The notes below the pieces were generated by a model. It was given only the letters and a program-made list of their open reading frames with translations, was not told where the DNA came from and ran no database searches. Below, in pieces: positions 61,483 through 64,000 of a stretch of 64,000 bases of DNA. Source of the DNA: Hypanus sabinus (Eukaryota); NCBI RefSeq assembly GCF_030144855.1, contig NC_082715.1:142600001-142664000 (forward strand). The letters are read 5' to 3'. How positions within the stretch are numbered: the stretch's first letter is position 1; the number at the start of each line of letters is the position of its first letter. The position numbers and the translations under genes are program-made.

Positions 61483-61775
61483 TTTACGCAGCACGTGACA
61501 GAAATTGTCCTTTTTATCCTGCAGCTTAGTGATGGAGGCATTTCTTTTCTGAATTGGAGCAATCAAGTAATACCTTCCATGCTTTTGGTCATTAGCTCTG
61601 CCTTTGGTTGAACAGAGAAGCAATTGCCAATCATTGGGGCATAAACACAGGAGCTTCTGCAGCTACTGGAAATCCAGAGTAATGTATACACAATGTTAGA
61701 TCTGGCAGTATCCAGAGAAGGGAATAAGCATTCAACATCCTGGGCCAAGATCGTTGAAATCTTGATAAAATATTG

Positions 61776-62206
61776 TGTCAATATGTTCAGGTATGGCCCA
61801 AGTGCTGAGAGACAGAGGCAAACACTGAAGCAGGTTGATAGTTCACAGACTTTAATGTGAATGGAGTTAGAGGGAAAGGTAAACAATAAACACTAGGCCA
61901 AACAAGTTTGTTAACAATTACTATCAAATGAAAAATGAAGCAAACACTGCAGCTGAAAGGAATAACTAAATACAAAATGAATACTGTCACTCTTCAGAGT
62001 CAGTTGACTTGACAGGCCAATTTCTCAGGCAAGGCTGAATGCAAGCAGGCAGTGAAACGTTGCTGTGCTTTGCTCGTCTCAACAAGGGCAATGATGAAAA
62101 GAATGGAGTTAAATACCATCACAATGAAATGATAATTAGCTGACGCGTGCATATTCATGAGCGTAATTGCCGTATCTGCTGTGCTGCTGAATCCGTGATT
62201 GTGACA
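61776..62206. mobile_element. Solo LTR (Gypsy-like), 431 bp, inserted in a Penelope-tail copy
   Basis: TGTCA...TGACA termini; flanks attg/gttg (4-bp TSD, one mismatch); host continues gttgactgtttattcccctccatggatgctgcc. Confidence 0.65.
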
Positions 62207-63155
62207 GTTGACTGTTTATTCCCCTCCATGGATGCTGCCCGACCTGCTGAGGTCTTCCAAAATTTTGTGTGTTGCCAGTCAGTGTGTGAGGAGAGAGGGG
62301 GAGTGACACAAAGAGGAAAGACAGATCCACGTATGAAAGGCAGCCTCCCTCCCCCACCCCTGCCATGTCTGCCGTTCCTCATTCCATGCCCAACCACACT
62401 AACCCTGCTTTTGAGGGTCTCAAATGCTTCGGGCAAAATTAGCTGGGACTGTCTCAGAACACACAGAGGATAACTGGACAAAACCACATCGAAGGACATT
62501 GTTGGAAGCTTTGTTTTTGGAGAGGAGTTTGAGCTGTGGCTGTGTGGTTTGGAGAGTGAGGAACACAAAATGGCCGAGTGGATGGTGTTCCTTGCTTGTC
62601 TTGTGGAGAACTGGAAGGTGGTACTGCCTGTGACCCAGGCCAAGCATGAAGTGGACTGTTCGATTCTGAAGGCAGTTACGGAGGTGTGGAGGAATGCATC
62701 CTCCCGACTGAACTCACCAAAGATGACCACGTGTTCCCCAATATATAAAAGAATGGTGTGAATCATTGCTGCCAAGATAGTAAAATGCAATGCCGTTGCC
62801 TAGCGATGAGGAGTCACATTGGATTTTGTCTTTTTAGGATGAGGGGAAATATTTTTAGGATGAGAGGTATTCACAATTATGAGGGGTATAGATAGGTGAG
62901 TGCATGCAGACTTTTTCTCCTCAGATTTTGTGTGTGTGCGTGTGCGTGTGTGGAATGCGCTCCCAGTGGAAGTTCTAGATGCGGGTTCAATTGTGACATT
63001 TAACAGTGTTGGATTGGACAGGTGCTTGGATGGAAGGGGTTTGATGGGATATGATCCGGGTGCAGGTGGATGGGACCAGGCAGAAGGTCGGGTAGACATG
63101 GACTAGATGGGCCAAAGGGCTTGCTTCTGTGCTGGAGTGCTCTTTGATCCTGTGG

Positions 63156-63215
63156 CAGGGGTTGCCAACCTTTTCCATGCTGTGGATCAATACCATAAAG
63201 GAAGGGGTCTGCTGA
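63156..63215. mobile_element. Partial second copy of the hAT MITE
   Basis: caggggttgccaaccttttccatgctgtggatcaataccat resembles the reverse complement of 2647-2725. Confidence 0.6.
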
Positions 63216-63634
63216 GCTCCTCCAGCAGATAGTCTGTTGTCCTGGACTCCAGCATCTGCAGTCTGCGTCTCCACTCCCAGAGTGCTGTTGGGTCAGGAGC
63301 TCCAGGAATTAGATCCAGTGATGATGAAGGAATGTCAATACATTTCCAAACCAGGATGAAGGGAAACTTTCAGTGGTGGTTTTGTAATCCATCTCTGTCC
63401 TTGTCCTCCTTGCTGGTAGAGACTGAGGACTTTGGAGATGCTGTAAGGAGTAAATGCAAAGTATTTTACGGATGGTATACATTGCACTCAGTGTTTGTTA
63501 CTGTAATCACATTGAAACCTTACCCTATTCTTAAATGCATTTCTATTCAAGATTGTAAACTATTTCCCACCTTTTCCTACAACTTTAATGTACTTTATTG
63601 GCTCTGATTGTCCTGGGATGTTTTGGGAATTGGA

Positions 63635-64000
63635 ATCATAGGGTAATACAGCACAGAAACAGACCTTCAGCCCGACTTGTCAACACCGACCACAGCATCC
63701 TCTCTGCTAGTCCCAATGGTCCATGTTTGGCCAAGTCTTCCCTTTCCATGAACCTTCCAAGTCTTCCCTTTCCATGAACCTATCAAAATGCCTCTTGGAT
63801 ATTGCAATTGTACCCACCCTGACCACTTCCTCTGGCAGCTCATTCCGAGTATTCACTACCCTCTGTGTTAAATCTTTCCCTTCTTGTTTCTGCGTCCTCT
63901 AGTTTTGGACTCCCCAACCCTGGGGAAAGACCCTGACAGTCTATCTTATCCATACCCCACAGAATATAGATTCTATAAACCTCTCTGACTGTCAAAGGAA
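63635..64000 (-). mobile_element. CR1 LINE 3' fragment
   Basis: accacttcctctggcagctcattcc...ccctctgtgt...ttggactccccaaccctggggaaaga. Confidence 0.7.

Noticed and set aside
62155-62790. 211-aa minus ORF, and faint L1/Tx1-like words on the plus strand (VWRNASS)
   Set aside because: The ORF crosses repeat boundaries, and the plus-strand similarity is too weak to call without a search

Overview
Eukaryotic vertebrate non-coding DNA. The repeat content (CR1 LINEs, Rex1/Babar LINEs, V-domain and Deu-domain SINEs, Penelope-like elements) points to a cartilaginous fish, probably a ray; this is an inference. I could not recognise a host protein-coding exon, and most track ORFs are transposon fragments, their antisense frames or repeat read-through. 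The window is dominated by nested, mostly 5'-truncated transposons: CR1 (largest copy about 2.4 kb at 34.5-36.9 kb), Rex1/Babar, two near-identical Tx1-type 3' ends, a teleost-like L2, a Tc1 transposase relic, Tc1 and hAT MITEs, two solo LTRs with 4-bp TSDs, and many SINEs. A CpG island at about 29.7-33.2 kb is largely TE-free and looks like a promoter or regulatory region, and several unique AT-rich islands resemble conserved enhancers. The most notable signal is a dispersed Penelope-like family carrying a minimal type I hammerhead ribozyme motif (stem I-CUGAUGA-stem II-GAAAC-GUC-stem I). The core is intact at 21341-21371, and about ten decayed copies exist, several as short ribozyme-plus-tail units or inverted pairs. 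Two minisatellites appear to have grown out of SINE sequences. An assembly gap lies at 56838-56984. Most TE boundaries are approximate and family names rest on recognised motifs, not database searches.
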